The notes under the pieces: model-generated
Databases searched by the model: none
Told to the model about the DNA's origin: nothing
The model's input: only the letters and a program-made list of their open reading frames with translations
Position numbers and translations under genes: made by a program
Assembly (NCBI GenBank): GCA_037127955.1
Contig: JBAXXI010000001.1
Span: forward strand, 9,217 to 73,216
Length of the DNA stretch: 64,000 nt
Reading direction: 5' to 3'
From: Candidatus Berkelbacteria bacterium
GTDB taxonomy: Bacteria; Patescibacteriota; UBA1384; UBA12157
Part shown: one piece after another, positions 48,265 through 58,087 of the stretch
How positions within the stretch are numbered: the stretch's first letter is position 1
How the letters are laid out: the number at the start of each line of letters is the position of its first letter

Positions 48265-48600
48265 TTAGATTATTTCATCGTCGATATGACGATCGCCAAT
48301 CTTAATTTTTTCTTTATACTTCACAATTTCTCGTTCTAATTTTTCTTGAGCCAAATCAATCGAGCCAAAAAAATCATCGGTTTGCGCCTCAACATGCAAA
48401 GCATTTTTCTCACCAGGCAAAGTCAAAGTAATTCGTACCAATTTATCTTCACCACCTTTTGGACCAAATTCATTAGATAAAGTAATATCGCAAATTGCTG
48501 GCTCAACAATCATCTCGATAAATTTCAAAACTTTCTCTTGAGCATAACTTTTCAAATCTTCGTTTAATTCAACATTGTGACCGGAAATATTAATTGTCAT
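48265..48600 (-). CDS. hpf: Ribosome hibernation factor, short HPF/RaiA form
   Basis: INISGHNVEL...YAQEKV...DFFGSIDLAQEKLEREIVKYKEK. Confidence 0.88.
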   Translation of the reverse strand: MTINISGHNVELNEDLKSYAQEKVLKFIEMIVEPAICDITLSNEFGPKGGEDKLVRITLTLPGEKNALHVEAQTDDFFGSIDLAQEKLEREIVKYKEKIKIGDRHIDDEII

Positions 48601-49871
48601 TTTACGCTCCTTTTGATTTCCTTAAAATTACAATATTTATGCAAAACTTTAGGTAAACGCACGGAACCATCTTTTTGCTGAAAATTTTCCAAAATAGCAA
48701 TTAAAGCTCTTGAAATCGCAATTGCCGTACCATTCAAAGTATGAACAAAATCCTTATTACCATTTTCATCTTGATACTTAATATTTAAACCGCGAGACTG
48801 ATAGTCGGTACAATTGGAAGTCGAGGTTATCTCCGCCCAATCGCCCATACCGTTTTTCGTATTCGGTTTACCAGGCATCCAAGCCTCTAAATCAAAAGTT
48901 CTAAAACTTGGCCCACCTAAATCAGCAGTACAATGATCCACAACTCTAAACGGAATTTCTAATTTTTTGAATATTTCTTTTTCTACAGCCAAAAGCTCTA
49001 AGTGCATTTTTTCTGAATCTTCAGGTTTTGTATAACTAAACATCTCAATCTTAGTAAACTGATGAACTCGGAATAAACCTTTGGAAAATTTAGAATAGCT
49101 ACCAGCTTCAGTCCGAAAACAGTGAGAAACAGCCGCATATTTCTTCGGCAATTCCTTCTCGTCTAAAACCTCATTCATATGATAACCACCCATGGTAATT
49201 TCGGCCGTACCAATTAAACTTAAATCGGTATTTTCCACATTGTAGATCTGGGTCGATTCACCTCTTGGATTAAAACCCAAACCTTCCAAAACTTCTTTTT
49301 TAGCCAAGTCTGGCGTAGTAAAAGGCGTAAAACCTTTTTTAACCAAAATATCCAAAGCAAAACCAATTAAAGCTTGTTCCAAAAGAGCTAATTCATTTTT
49401 TAAATAATAAAATTTAGCACCACTAACCTTAGTTGCACGCTCAAAATCAATTAAATCTAAACTTTCCGCCAGCTGTAAATGATCTTTTGGTTCAAAATTA
49501 AAATTAGTTGGCTTTAAGTAAATTTCTAAAACCGGATTATCGCACTCATCAGAACTTATTTTAACTTCAGAGTGAGTTAAATTCGGCACCTTCAGTAATA
49601 TTTCGCGAATCTTAACGGCCAAAGGGTCAACTTCTTTTTCAAGTTCAGAAATTTCCTCGCCAACTTTTTTCATCTGCAATATAATTTCTGGGGTTGGTTT
49701 GGTTTTTGAAGCTTCATTTCTTTTGGCACGCAGAGTCTCGATCTTAGTTTCAAAATCACGTTTTTTTTCGTCGAGTTTAACCAATTCATCAAGATCGACT
49801 TCGACCAATCGGTTTTTGGTATTGGTTTTAACTTGATCCAAGTTCTCTCTAATGAATTTAATGTCTAACAT
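48597..49871 (-). CDS. serS: Serine--tRNA ligase
   Basis: MLDIKFIREN, GTAE, CFRTEAG, RVHQFTKIE, EITSTSNCTDYQ, HTLNGT. Confidence 0.97.
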   Translation of the reverse strand: MLDIKFIRENLDQVKTNTKNRLVEVDLDELVKLDEKKRDFETKIETLRAKRNEASKTKPTPEIILQMKKVGEEISELEKEVDPLAVKIREILLKVPNLTHSEVKISSDECDNPVLEIYLKPTNFNFEPKDHLQLAESLDLIDFERATKVSGAKFYYLKNELALLEQALIGFALDILVKKGFTPFTTPDLAKKEVLEGLGFNPRGESTQIYNVENTDLSLIGTAEITMGGYHMNEVLDEKELPKKYAAVSHCFRTEAGSYSKFSKGLFRVHQFTKIEMFSYTKPEDSEKMHLELLAVEKEIFKKLEIPFRVVDHCTADLGGPSFRTFDLEAWMPGKPNTKNGMGDWAEITSTSNCTDYQSRGLNIKYQDENGNKDFVHTLNGTAIAISRALIAILENFQQKDGSVRLPKVLHKYCNFKEIKRSVK

Positions 49872-49872
49872 A

Positions 49873-50466
49873 TTACTCCTTTATAATTTGCTCTACTCGA
49901 AATATCTTTTTACCTAAAACTGCAAAAATTAATAATATATTAATAATAACAAGATATATTGGAAAAGCATATGCTGTAAAAACCCATGATTTTATTGCAA
50001 AAAAACTAGTTATCGAGCTAAATAATCCAGTAACATAAGGGTCAATTGTTTCGGTTGCTGGGTAATGCCAAGATTTAATAAGGGTTGGTATAGCTGCAAA
50101 AAAGTCACTAGCTACAGCAAAAATAATTGCAATCAATGGTTCTTTAGTAATCCACCATAATAATAAAGCTAAAACAGAACAAATACCACAAATATAATCG
50201 AAAGACTCTAATTTCCAATACGATTTTGGATTAATAAACGACGCCAGAAAAACTAATAAAGGGCCAAAACCAGACATAAAAACAGGTAAAACCGCCCATC
50301 TAATACCGTCAGAAAACGCTGCAACGCTCGCTATTAGAGGAGCTATCGCCCATAAAAGCCAACTAACCTTATTTGGTTTTGTCTCACCTTTAATGGTTTC
50401 TTTTATATATGAAGCGATGCCAATTAACTGGGCAACAGCCCCGATAATAACAACATACTGAAGCAT
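49873..50466 (-). CDS. Conserved membrane protein (PQ-loop-like, about 7 TM)
   Basis: YIKETIKGETKPNKVSWLLW and AIPTLIKSWHYP repeats-like halves. Confidence 0.72.
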   Translation of the reverse strand: MLQYVVIIGAVAQLIGIASYIKETIKGETKPNKVSWLLWAIAPLIASVAAFSDGIRWAVLPVFMSGFGPLLVFLASFINPKSYWKLESFDYICGICSVLALLLWWITKEPLIAIIFAVASDFFAAIPTLIKSWHYPATETIDPYVTGLFSSITSFFAIKSWVFTAYAFPIYLVIINILLIFAVLGKKIFRVEQIIKE

Positions 50467-50486
50467 AAAATATTTCTCGATAATAA

Positions 50487-52043
50487 TTATATTGATTTTA
50501 ATCTATCAATAACAAATTTTTGATCTAAACTTGCCAGTAACCAGCCAGCCTGCGGGCCGGAATCTTTACCTAAAAATGATAAATAAATAGCGGAAAAAGC
50601 CTGTTTTGGCTCAATTTTCATATCATTTTTAATCTCGTGGATCTTGGCGTGCAAATCCTCACCCGTCCATTTTTCTTGAGCCGATATAGCCTCGGCGATT
50701 TTTGCTAAATAAGTTTTTTGCTCGTTGCTTAAATTCTTGGCAACCTCTGGAACAACATCGGAAATGGTAAATTTGACTGATTCTGGCGCGTACCCATCGA
50801 GCCACAATTTAGCCACTTTGATCCGATTTTCGATTTCTTCTTTTTCCACTTCAGTTAGCTCGCTACCCTTTTCTTCTTTAGCATAAGCTAAAATATCCAT
50901 TCTTGGCATTTGTAAAAAATTAGCCACTTTTGAAAATCTTAAGTAATAGCTTGGCAGTTTATCAAACAATCCTTTTTCTGTATAGAAAAACGCTCTAGCC
51001 ATGTCGGTATCAACCTTTTCCTGAAAATCCTTAGCGCAACGATCATATTCATCGTAAAGTAACGGAATAGTATCGCCTTCCGGGTTAAACTCAATTGCTC
51101 TTTTATATTTAGTTCTGGTAAATAAAAATTTCAAAATATTGGCAGGCAATAAATCGGCCATCTGTTTGGCCGTCACACCTAAGCCCTTGCTTGAACTCAT
51201 TTTGGCACCACCAATTAAAATGTGTTCATATGGCGCATCGTGAGGTGGGGTCTTGCCAAAAACTTCTCGATAAATTCGACTGGCGACATCACGAGTCCCG
51301 CCGGCGGCGGCATGATCTTTACCGGCACCTTCAACATCAATACCCATAAAGCTCCATTTACTCGGCCATTCAACCTTATAAGGCAGTTTTGCATTGCCGT
51401 CAAACGGACTAATTTTACCCTTATAACCACAACCTTTAGCCCAATCAACCATATTTTCCATACACTCAAATTCAACTTCGGTGCCGTCCCAACCATGGAC
51501 ACGAGTCGTACCAATTTTACCGCAATTTGGACAAACCACATTTAAAGCATACCAATCTTCACCTTTGTCGCTTCCCGAAACCTCTTTGTAAATCGCCCTA
51601 ATCTTATCGGCATGATCGAGCGTTAGCTTGATTGCATCATTGAACTTGCCTTCTTTATATAAAATTGAAGTATAATAATACTCTGGCTTTATCTTTAAAT
51701 AATCAATAATAGCCTTTAGTTCATTGGCATATTGAGCTGCAAAACTTTCCGACTGACCGTCAGGAGCTGGTACATTTGATAACGGCAATCCCATATATTT
51801 TTCAAAACTTTGATCAACATAAATCGGCAAGCCATCCATTGGATCAAAATCGTCAAAACCAAAAATAAACTTGGCTTTCTTACCATTCTCCACAAGACCT
51901 TCACGAATTAAATCGTGAATAATCAAACCACGCAAAGACCCGACATGGGCCTGACCAGACGGAGTAGTTGAGTCATTAATCAAATAGGAATCTTTATTTT
52001 CTTTGGCTATAATACTGTGTGTAATTTCATCTGTCCAAAACAT
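50487..52043 (-). CDS. lysS: Class I lysine--tRNA ligase
   Basis: TPSGQAHVGSLR (HIGH-like), CPNCG, GKDH, KMSSSKG, GPQAG. Confidence 0.95.
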   Translation of the reverse strand: MFWTDEITHSIIAKENKDSYLINDSTTPSGQAHVGSLRGLIIHDLIREGLVENGKKAKFIFGFDDFDPMDGLPIYVDQSFEKYMGLPLSNVPAPDGQSESFAAQYANELKAIIDYLKIKPEYYYTSILYKEGKFNDAIKLTLDHADKIRAIYKEVSGSDKGEDWYALNVVCPNCGKIGTTRVHGWDGTEVEFECMENMVDWAKGCGYKGKISPFDGNAKLPYKVEWPSKWSFMGIDVEGAGKDHAAAGGTRDVASRIYREVFGKTPPHDAPYEHILIGGAKMSSSKGLGVTAKQMADLLPANILKFLFTRTKYKRAIEFNPEGDTIPLLYDEYDRCAKDFQEKVDTDMARAFFYTEKGLFDKLPSYYLRFSKVANFLQMPRMDILAYAKEEKGSELTEVEKEEIENRIKVAKLWLDGYAPESVKFTISDVVPEVAKNLSNEQKTYLAKIAEAISAQEKWTGEDLHAKIHEIKNDMKIEPKQAFSAIYLSFLGKDSGPQAGWLLASLDQKFVIDRLKSI

Positions 52044-52080
52044 GGTAATTTCCTCAATATATTTGGTTTGATTGTATCAA

Positions 52081-52112
52081 AAAAAAGACCTGTTCGCAAC
52101 CTGGTCTTTTTT
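52081..52112 (-). terminator. Terminator after greA
   Basis: aaaaaagacc...ggtctttttt inverted repeat. Confidence 0.6.
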
Positions 52113-52136
52113 CTTTTCTAATATAAGCGACAATAT

Positions 52137-52595
52137 TTACTTAACGTCAACAATTAAATATGTGGTTGTTCCACCTGGAGTTTTAATATCAACCTTCTCA
52201 CCTTTAGCTTTTCCAATCAAAGAAAAACCAAGCGGTGATTCAGCAGAAATCTTACCCTTTAGCGGATCTGATTCATTGGCACCAACGATTTCATAAGAAA
52301 ATGAATCATTATCAAGCTTTAAAGTCACGGTTGAACCCATTTCAACCTTATTGCTAGAAGCAGATTTCACAACTACTTTGGCATTTTTAATCATTTCTTC
52401 TAAATCTTGGATTTTACCTTCAACAAAAGATTGTTCATTACGAGCATCATCATATTCACTATTTTCAGAAAGATCACCATATTCACGAGCAATTCGAATA
52501 CGCTCAGCTACGGTTTTACGTCGTTCTTTAAGTTCTTTTAATTCTTTTTTTAATTTTTCTAAACCTTGCTGGGTTAAAAGTGTTTCTTTTGGCAT
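52137..52595 (-). CDS. greA: Transcription elongation factor GreA
   Basis: AREYGDLSENSEYD, ISAESPLG. Confidence 0.96.
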   Translation of the reverse strand: MPKETLLTQQGLEKLKKELKELKERRKTVAERIRIAREYGDLSENSEYDDARNEQSFVEGKIQDLEEMIKNAKVVVKSASSNKVEMGSTVTLKLDNDSFSYEIVGANESDPLKGKISAESPLGFSLIGKAKGEKVDIKTPGGTTTYLIVDVK

Positions 52596-52701
52596 TTTTT
52601 TCCTAAATTATTCTTAAATTTTTTCTGGACACTTCATACATTTTAATATAACTACAATTTATTGTCAATAGATCAATCTTAACAATTATTTAAAAATGAT
52701 T

Positions 52702-54597
52702 TTATTCTTCCGAAAAATATGACTTCATAGCACTCTTAATAACTGGGCCTGCGGCTGCATAACCTTCACCGCCACCTTCAACAATAACTGCAATCGCGAT
52801 TTGCGGATTTTTATAAGGCGCGAACGCCACCATCCAGGCATGAGTTTTATCTTGATCGCCAAACTGCGCTGTACCAGTTTTAGCCGCAACTTCTACCGAT
52901 AAGTCCTTCAGTGCCTGACCAGAGCCAGATGTAACAGTTTGGCGCATACCATCACGAACAATTCGTAAATTATTAGCATCAACTACATTAGACCTAGTCA
53001 CAACATTTGGAAAAGTTTGAATCGTATTACCATTATTATCAGTAATTTTTGAAACTAGATGCGGTTTTAATAAGTTTCCACCATTAGCAACCGTGGCTGT
53101 GGCCATCGCCATTTGGAGCGGAGTAGTTAAAACATCTCCTTGACCGATTGACATATGATAAGTATCACCCAAATACCACATTTCATTTTTAGTCTTTTTC
53201 TTCCAAGCTGGATCAGGCACCAGTCCTTTGGCTTCACCCGGTAAATCAATCCCACTCTTAGCGCCTAACCCAAATTTTTCATAATAGGCTTTCAACTTAT
53301 CTGGACCGATTCCTTTAATCTTATCGTAACCACCACCAACTGCATAAAAATAAATATTGACACTTTCGGCAATCGCTTTTTTTACATCAGTCAACCCGTG
53401 ATATTTCCAGTCTGGAAAAGTCCAACTTCCTACTTTAATTTCAGCCGGACAATCTAAAGTTGTATTTTCCGTAATCACCCCCTCTTGAAGACCAGCCGCC
53501 GCTACAATCGGCTTAACAGTTGAACCAGAAGGATATTCGCCAGAAATAGCCCGATTAAAAAGAGGTAAATTTTTATCTTTAAGAATCTTCTGGTAATCTT
53601 CAGCACTTATACCCTGAGCAAAAACATTATTGTCATAACTCGGCAAACTAACTAAGGCCAAAATTTCACCGGTTTGCGGATTAACGGCCACGGCTGCGCC
53701 CGCGCTTGAACCGGTTTTCTCAATTTCGCTCGCCATAGTTTCAGAAATCGCTTGTTCAAGATCAGCATTAAGCGACAAAACTAAATTATTCCCAGGTTCA
53801 GGCGAAAGCGAAGTTAGTAATCTCTGTGCTCTTCCACGAGAATCAACCTCGATTTCATTAATCCCATCTTTACCTTTCAAATATGACTGATAAATTTTTT
53901 CGAGACCATCTTTACCAATCATTTGATCTAACGTTAAAGTAATATCCTGATTATTTTTCAGGTCACTATCAGTCACCCGTCCAGTATAGCCTATGACCGG
54001 AGACAAACCACCAATCGTACTATACTGACGCACAGGTTGAGCCGCGACAACTACGCCAGACAAATCGACTATTTGAGTTTGCAATAAAAGCGCCGTATCC
54101 CGATCAAGTTTTTCTTTCAAAATAACCGCATTTGTCGAATAAGGGCCTTTTTCGTTAATCTTTGCTTTAATTTCGTCAGACGGGATTTGAGTAATCTGAC
54201 TTAAATGATCGTAAAATGCTTGACGCTCGCTAGTCTGACGCGGCAAATCAACCGGATAAACCTGTAAACTAAAAGAGGCATCATTCAAGACCAAAGGTTT
54301 ACCAGTATTATCATAAATCAAACCACGAGGTGCAGGAATCAATCTTGTTCGAATTCTATTGCCTTCAGCCAAAAATCGATTAAAACTACCTTGTTTTATT
54401 TGAAGGTTAAGAAGCTGGATGCCTAAACATAAAAAAACCAAAAATATCGCTAAATAAAAACTCCAAAAATGCTTTTCTTCCCTTGAAAATATCTCTTGTT
54501 CGGCCGGAAAAAGTTCGTATTCATCTTTATCTAATTCTACTCGTCTATAACCACGATCCCCTGGTAAACTCTTATCAAAACGATCAAAAATACTCAT
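52702..54597 (-). CDS. mrdA: Penicillin-binding protein 2
   Basis: APRGLIYD, GSTVK (SxxK), SVN (SxN), KTGT; follows mreBCD. Confidence 0.94.
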   Translation of the reverse strand: MSIFDRFDKSLPGDRGYRRVELDKDEYELFPAEQEIFSREEKHFWSFYLAIFLVFLCLGIQLLNLQIKQGSFNRFLAEGNRIRTRLIPAPRGLIYDNTGKPLVLNDASFSLQVYPVDLPRQTSERQAFYDHLSQITQIPSDEIKAKINEKGPYSTNAVILKEKLDRDTALLLQTQIVDLSGVVVAAQPVRQYSTIGGLSPVIGYTGRVTDSDLKNNQDITLTLDQMIGKDGLEKIYQSYLKGKDGINEIEVDSRGRAQRLLTSLSPEPGNNLVLSLNADLEQAISETMASEIEKTGSSAGAAVAVNPQTGEILALVSLPSYDNNVFAQGISAEDYQKILKDKNLPLFNRAISGEYPSGSTVKPIVAAAGLQEGVITENTTLDCPAEIKVGSWTFPDWKYHGLTDVKKAIAESVNIYFYAVGGGYDKIKGIGPDKLKAYYEKFGLGAKSGIDLPGEAKGLVPDPAWKKKTKNEMWYLGDTYHMSIGQGDVLTTPLQMAMATATVANGGNLLKPHLVSKITDNNGNTIQTFPNVVTRSNVVDANNLRIVRDGMRQTVTSGSGQALKDLSVEVAAKTGTAQFGDQDKTHAWMVAFAPYKNPQIAIAVIVEGGGEGYAAAGPVIKSAMKSYFSEE

Positions 54598-55082
54598 CTT
54601 AAATCCAATCTAACCGTAGAAATATTAAATCGTTTTGACCTTAAATTTAAAATATAAAGAAAAAATTGAGCCCAAGCAATACTAAATAAAATATTAAAGA
54701 TAAAACCTATTAGATTAAATTCGTGACTAATTATAACAAAAATTGAATCATAAATAACAATACAAATAAAAATAATCACAGACATAACCAAAGGCGAAGT
54801 GCCGGTTAGGAATTTATTTACCAAAAACTTTGTCATTAAGGCAAAACCCATTAGTATCAAAGTAAAAAAACCAAAAAACATCGGACTGGCTAAATCGAGC
54901 ATTAACCCACCAAAACTGGCGGTCAAATATGCATCATAGTCATGATCGAAAATCACTAAAACTAGAACTAAAATGAAAACTAAATTCGGCCAAACATTGC
55001 CAATAGCAAAATAAGGTACCAGTGTAAGCTGAACAATAACTAAGAAAAAGATTGCAAAAATTTTAACAATATTTTTTATCAC
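54594..55082 (-). CDS. mreD: Rod shape-determining protein MreD
   Basis: PNL...GGLMLDL..FG hydrophobic protein between mreC and mrdA. Confidence 0.85.
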   Translation of the reverse strand: MIKNIVKIFAIFFLVIVQLTLVPYFAIGNVWPNLVFILVLVLVIFDHDYDAYLTASFGGLMLDLASPMFFGFFTLILMGFALMTKFLVNKFLTGTSPLVMSVIIFICIVIYDSIFVIISHEFNLIGFIFNILFSIAWAQFFLYILNLRSKRFNISTVRLDLR

Positions 55083-55864
55083 TTTTTGACCACAAATAAA
55101 ACTTCTAAACGGGAAAAATCTATTGGCGAACCAATAGAAACTTTTTGAAAAATTTCACCTGGTTTTGAAATTAAATTTTGAACTTTTCCGATCACCAACC
55201 CGGCGGGGATCTGACCACCAAGTCCACTGGTTACTACTGACTCACCATTTTTTGTTCCAATATTGAGCGGAATATCCTCCACCACCAAACCCTCCAAGCC
55301 GCCACGCAATAAACCAGTTCCACGTGAATCCTGCAGTATAGCTGGCACTAAAGAATTGTAGTCAGTCACCAAAGTGACTTCAGCGCTATCTGCTTGAACC
55401 GACTTAATAATGCCAACTAGAAAACCTTCAGAAACTACTGCTTGACCCTTAACCACGCCGTCTTTCTCACCTTTGTCGATCACTACTGATTTCAAATAGC
55501 CCGAAGCACGACCAATTATCGCTGACGGCACCAAGGCCATATTTAATGATTGACTCTGCGAAAACTTTAATTCTTTTTTCAAAATTTCATTTTCGTAACT
55601 AACTTCATTTAATTGGGCTAACTGTGATTGTAAATTTAAATTCTCATTAATTAGATCGTGATTCTGTTTTAAAATTCGATTGATTTCAAATATATTAGTA
55701 AAAGTTTTTGGTACACGACCAAAAGAGACTTTCAACACTGCGCCAACTGGGCTAACAGTTCGCCAAAAGATATTTTTAGGAAAACTCAACCAACCAAACA
55801 GAGAACTGACGGCTAGCAATACAGTTAAAATTAAAATTATAATAATCGCTCGGTATCTTTTCAT
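55079..55864 (-). CDS. mreC: Rod shape-determining protein MreC
   Basis: TM, coiled coil, IDKGEKDGV, VVTSGLGG..PAGLVIG. Confidence 0.94.
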   Translation of the reverse strand: MKRYRAIIIILILTVLLAVSSLFGWLSFPKNIFWRTVSPVGAVLKVSFGRVPKTFTNIFEINRILKQNHDLINENLNLQSQLAQLNEVSYENEILKKELKFSQSQSLNMALVPSAIIGRASGYLKSVVIDKGEKDGVVKGQAVVSEGFLVGIIKSVQADSAEVTLVTDYNSLVPAILQDSRGTGLLRGGLEGLVVEDIPLNIGTKNGESVVTSGLGGQIPAGLVIGKVQNLISKPGEIFQKVSIGSPIDFSRLEVLFVVKK

Positions 55865-55932
55865 AATCCCTCATTAATTAATTTTAATTACAACTCAAGT
55901 GCTCGAATTAAACGCAAAAATAAAACTCTATC

Positions 55933-56988
55933 TTAATTATTGAACTGAGTTGGTAATAAAACTTGTTTCAATGTTTCTAAATCTTCGAGAACAAAACCAG
56001 CTCCACGCACTACCGAAGTCAAAGGATCATCAGCAATATGAACCGAGGTCTGAGTACTCTCGGCGATCACTCGGTTCAACCCTTTAAGTAAAGCACCGCC
56101 GCCGGCCAAAACAATACCTTTATCCATAATGTCAGCTACCAATTCCGGCGGAGTTTCTTCCATAGTTTGACGCACCGCATCTACAATCTGACCAATCGAT
56201 TTCCTTAAAGCAGACCGAATCTGCTCGTCATCAACAATGATTTCTTTTGGTAAACCCGTCACCAAATCACGACCGCGCATCGGACAAGTCAAAACTTCTT
56301 TAAGCTCACAAGCTGAACCAATCTTCATTTTAATATCTTCGGCTGTACGCTCGCCTAACAACAAATTAAACTGATTACGTGCAAAATCAATAATATCTTG
56401 GTTAAGTTCATCGCCAGCGATACGCAAACTTCGACTAGCGACAATTCCACCAAGCGAAATGACCGCTACCTCAGTTGTACCGCCACCAATATCGACAATC
56501 ATATTACCGGTTGCCTCTTGAATCGGCAATCTAGCACCAATCGCCGCAGCCAAAGGCTCTTCGATTAAATAAACTTCGCGTGCCCCAGCATTAATTGCCG
56601 CTTCTTCCACGGCTCGTCGCTCCACCTCGGTCACGCCATAAGGAATACCAATCACCACTCGCGGTCTTGGTAGTAATGAAAATTTTTCATGATGAACTTT
56701 ATCAATAAAATATTTAAGCATCTGTTCGGTCACTTCAAAATCAGAAATAACACCATCAACCAATGGCCGAATAGCTACAATATGCGACGGAGTTCGACCA
56801 ACCATTTTTCGCGCTTCTTCACCAATAGCTAAAATTTGCTTAGTTTTTTGATTTATAGCCACAGTCGATGGTTCATTAATAACAATACCTTTATCTTTAA
56901 CATAAACCAAAGTATTGGCGGTACCTAAATCGATTCCGATATCATGACTAAAAGCGCTCCAAAATTTTTCTAAAAAATTGTATGCCAT
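55933..56988 (-). CDS. mreB: Rod shape-determining actin-like protein MreB
   Basis: GIDLGTANT, EEPLAAAIG, VDIGGGTTE, LAGGGALL. Confidence 0.97.
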   Translation of the reverse strand: MAYNFLEKFWSAFSHDIGIDLGTANTLVYVKDKGIVINEPSTVAINQKTKQILAIGEEARKMVGRTPSHIVAIRPLVDGVISDFEVTEQMLKYFIDKVHHEKFSLLPRPRVVIGIPYGVTEVERRAVEEAAINAGAREVYLIEEPLAAAIGARLPIQEATGNMIVDIGGGTTEVAVISLGGIVASRSLRIAGDELNQDIIDFARNQFNLLLGERTAEDIKMKIGSACELKEVLTCPMRGRDLVTGLPKEIIVDDEQIRSALRKSIGQIVDAVRQTMEETPPELVADIMDKGIVLAGGGALLKGLNRVIAESTQTSVHIADDPLTSVVRGAGFVLEDLETLKQVLLPTQFNN

Positions 56989-57094
56989 ATTAATCTTTTC
57001 TATTTATCTATCATTTACCATACCAAAAAAATCGTGCTTCTTAAGGCCCCGCTCCTTAGATAAATCTTAACATCTATTCAATCAAATACCAAAT

Positions 57095-58078
57095 CTATTT
57101 GAGTTTAAAACTAGCAATAATCCCGGCGATATCTGAATCAAGCTTGAAATCTTCCGGAGCCCACTGAGCATGAGTCCAAGTAAAAACATATTTATCATTT
57201 TTTGTAATCAGAGAATCTTGCGGACCATCGCTTTTGACTACATCTTTCCATTGAGCCAAGGTATAAACACTTAAGGCAAATGGCGAATAATAATCTTTCA
57301 GATCAGTCGAATTACCATCTGTTGAAGACGGAAATTTAGTTGGCACATTAACATAGTAGGTTGCCGTAGCTCCCTCAATATTAGCCTCTTTGATTTTATA
57401 TTTTTCCCAACTTTTTGGAAAGGTTAAACTAAAACCATATTTTGAGTTAGTATAAATCTTAGAGGTTGTAGTAACAGAATCAATGAATTTAAAAGTGGAA
57501 AGAATTTGATTAAAATCTAAAATATCAACGCTGTTACTCGGGTTATCATACACACTAAAAAAATGCTCTTTATTAGGTGATTGAATTAAATATTCGCTCC
57601 TGCCCTCAATAGTCTTCAAAAACTTAGCGCTTATTTTACCATTTAAAGCTCTATCGACTACTTTAGTATTTTCGTTTTTTTCATTTTTACTAACCATATC
57701 GTCAAAAGAACTATAAATATCATTACCGGACATAATAGTTAGACCTAATTCACCACCGGCATGTTGAATAACTTTATGAGCCGAATCTAATATAATTATC
57801 TTTTTATTTATACTATCTTCTCTAATATCCCAATCACTTGGATACTCAAAACTAAAACCATATTTGTCGTTTTCATAAGTCTTTAAGTTGGAACTAGTCG
57901 CCCATTCATCGTTAAATTTTATATCAGTCGGTGCCGGGCTAATTGGCTCAAAATACACCGGTTCGTTAATTCTGCGGTAGACATAAAAGCCGCCAATCAG
58001 CACCAAGATTAACGATACAATTAACAGCCAAACTGGCAAGTGTAATTTATTTGGTTTTTGTTCCATTTTTTCCTCCAT
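57095..58078 (-). CDS. Membrane-anchored protein with two PsbP-like repeats
   Basis: TM followed by YENDKYGFSFEYPSDW and YTNSKYGFSLTFPKSW, each domain ending in S(T/F)FK. Confidence 0.72.
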   Translation of the reverse strand: MEEKMEQKPNKLHLPVWLLIVSLILVLIGGFYVYRRINEPVYFEPISPAPTDIKFNDEWATSSNLKTYENDKYGFSFEYPSDWDIREDSINKKIIILDSAHKVIQHAGGELGLTIMSGNDIYSSFDDMVSKNEKNENTKVVDRALNGKISAKFLKTIEGRSEYLIQSPNKEHFFSVYDNPSNSVDILDFNQILSTFKFIDSVTTTSKIYTNSKYGFSLTFPKSWEKYKIKEANIEGATATYYVNVPTKFPSSTDGNSTDLKDYYSPFALSVYTLAQWKDVVKSDGPQDSLITKNDKYVFTWTHAQWAPEDFKLDSDIAGIIASFKLK

Positions 58079-58087
58079 TATACAATA

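Noticed and set aside
50487-52043. Class I LysRS as evidence of a recent archaeal transfer or contamination
   Set aside because: Class I LysRS is established in several bacterial groups, and the gene sits in the usual greA-lysS context.
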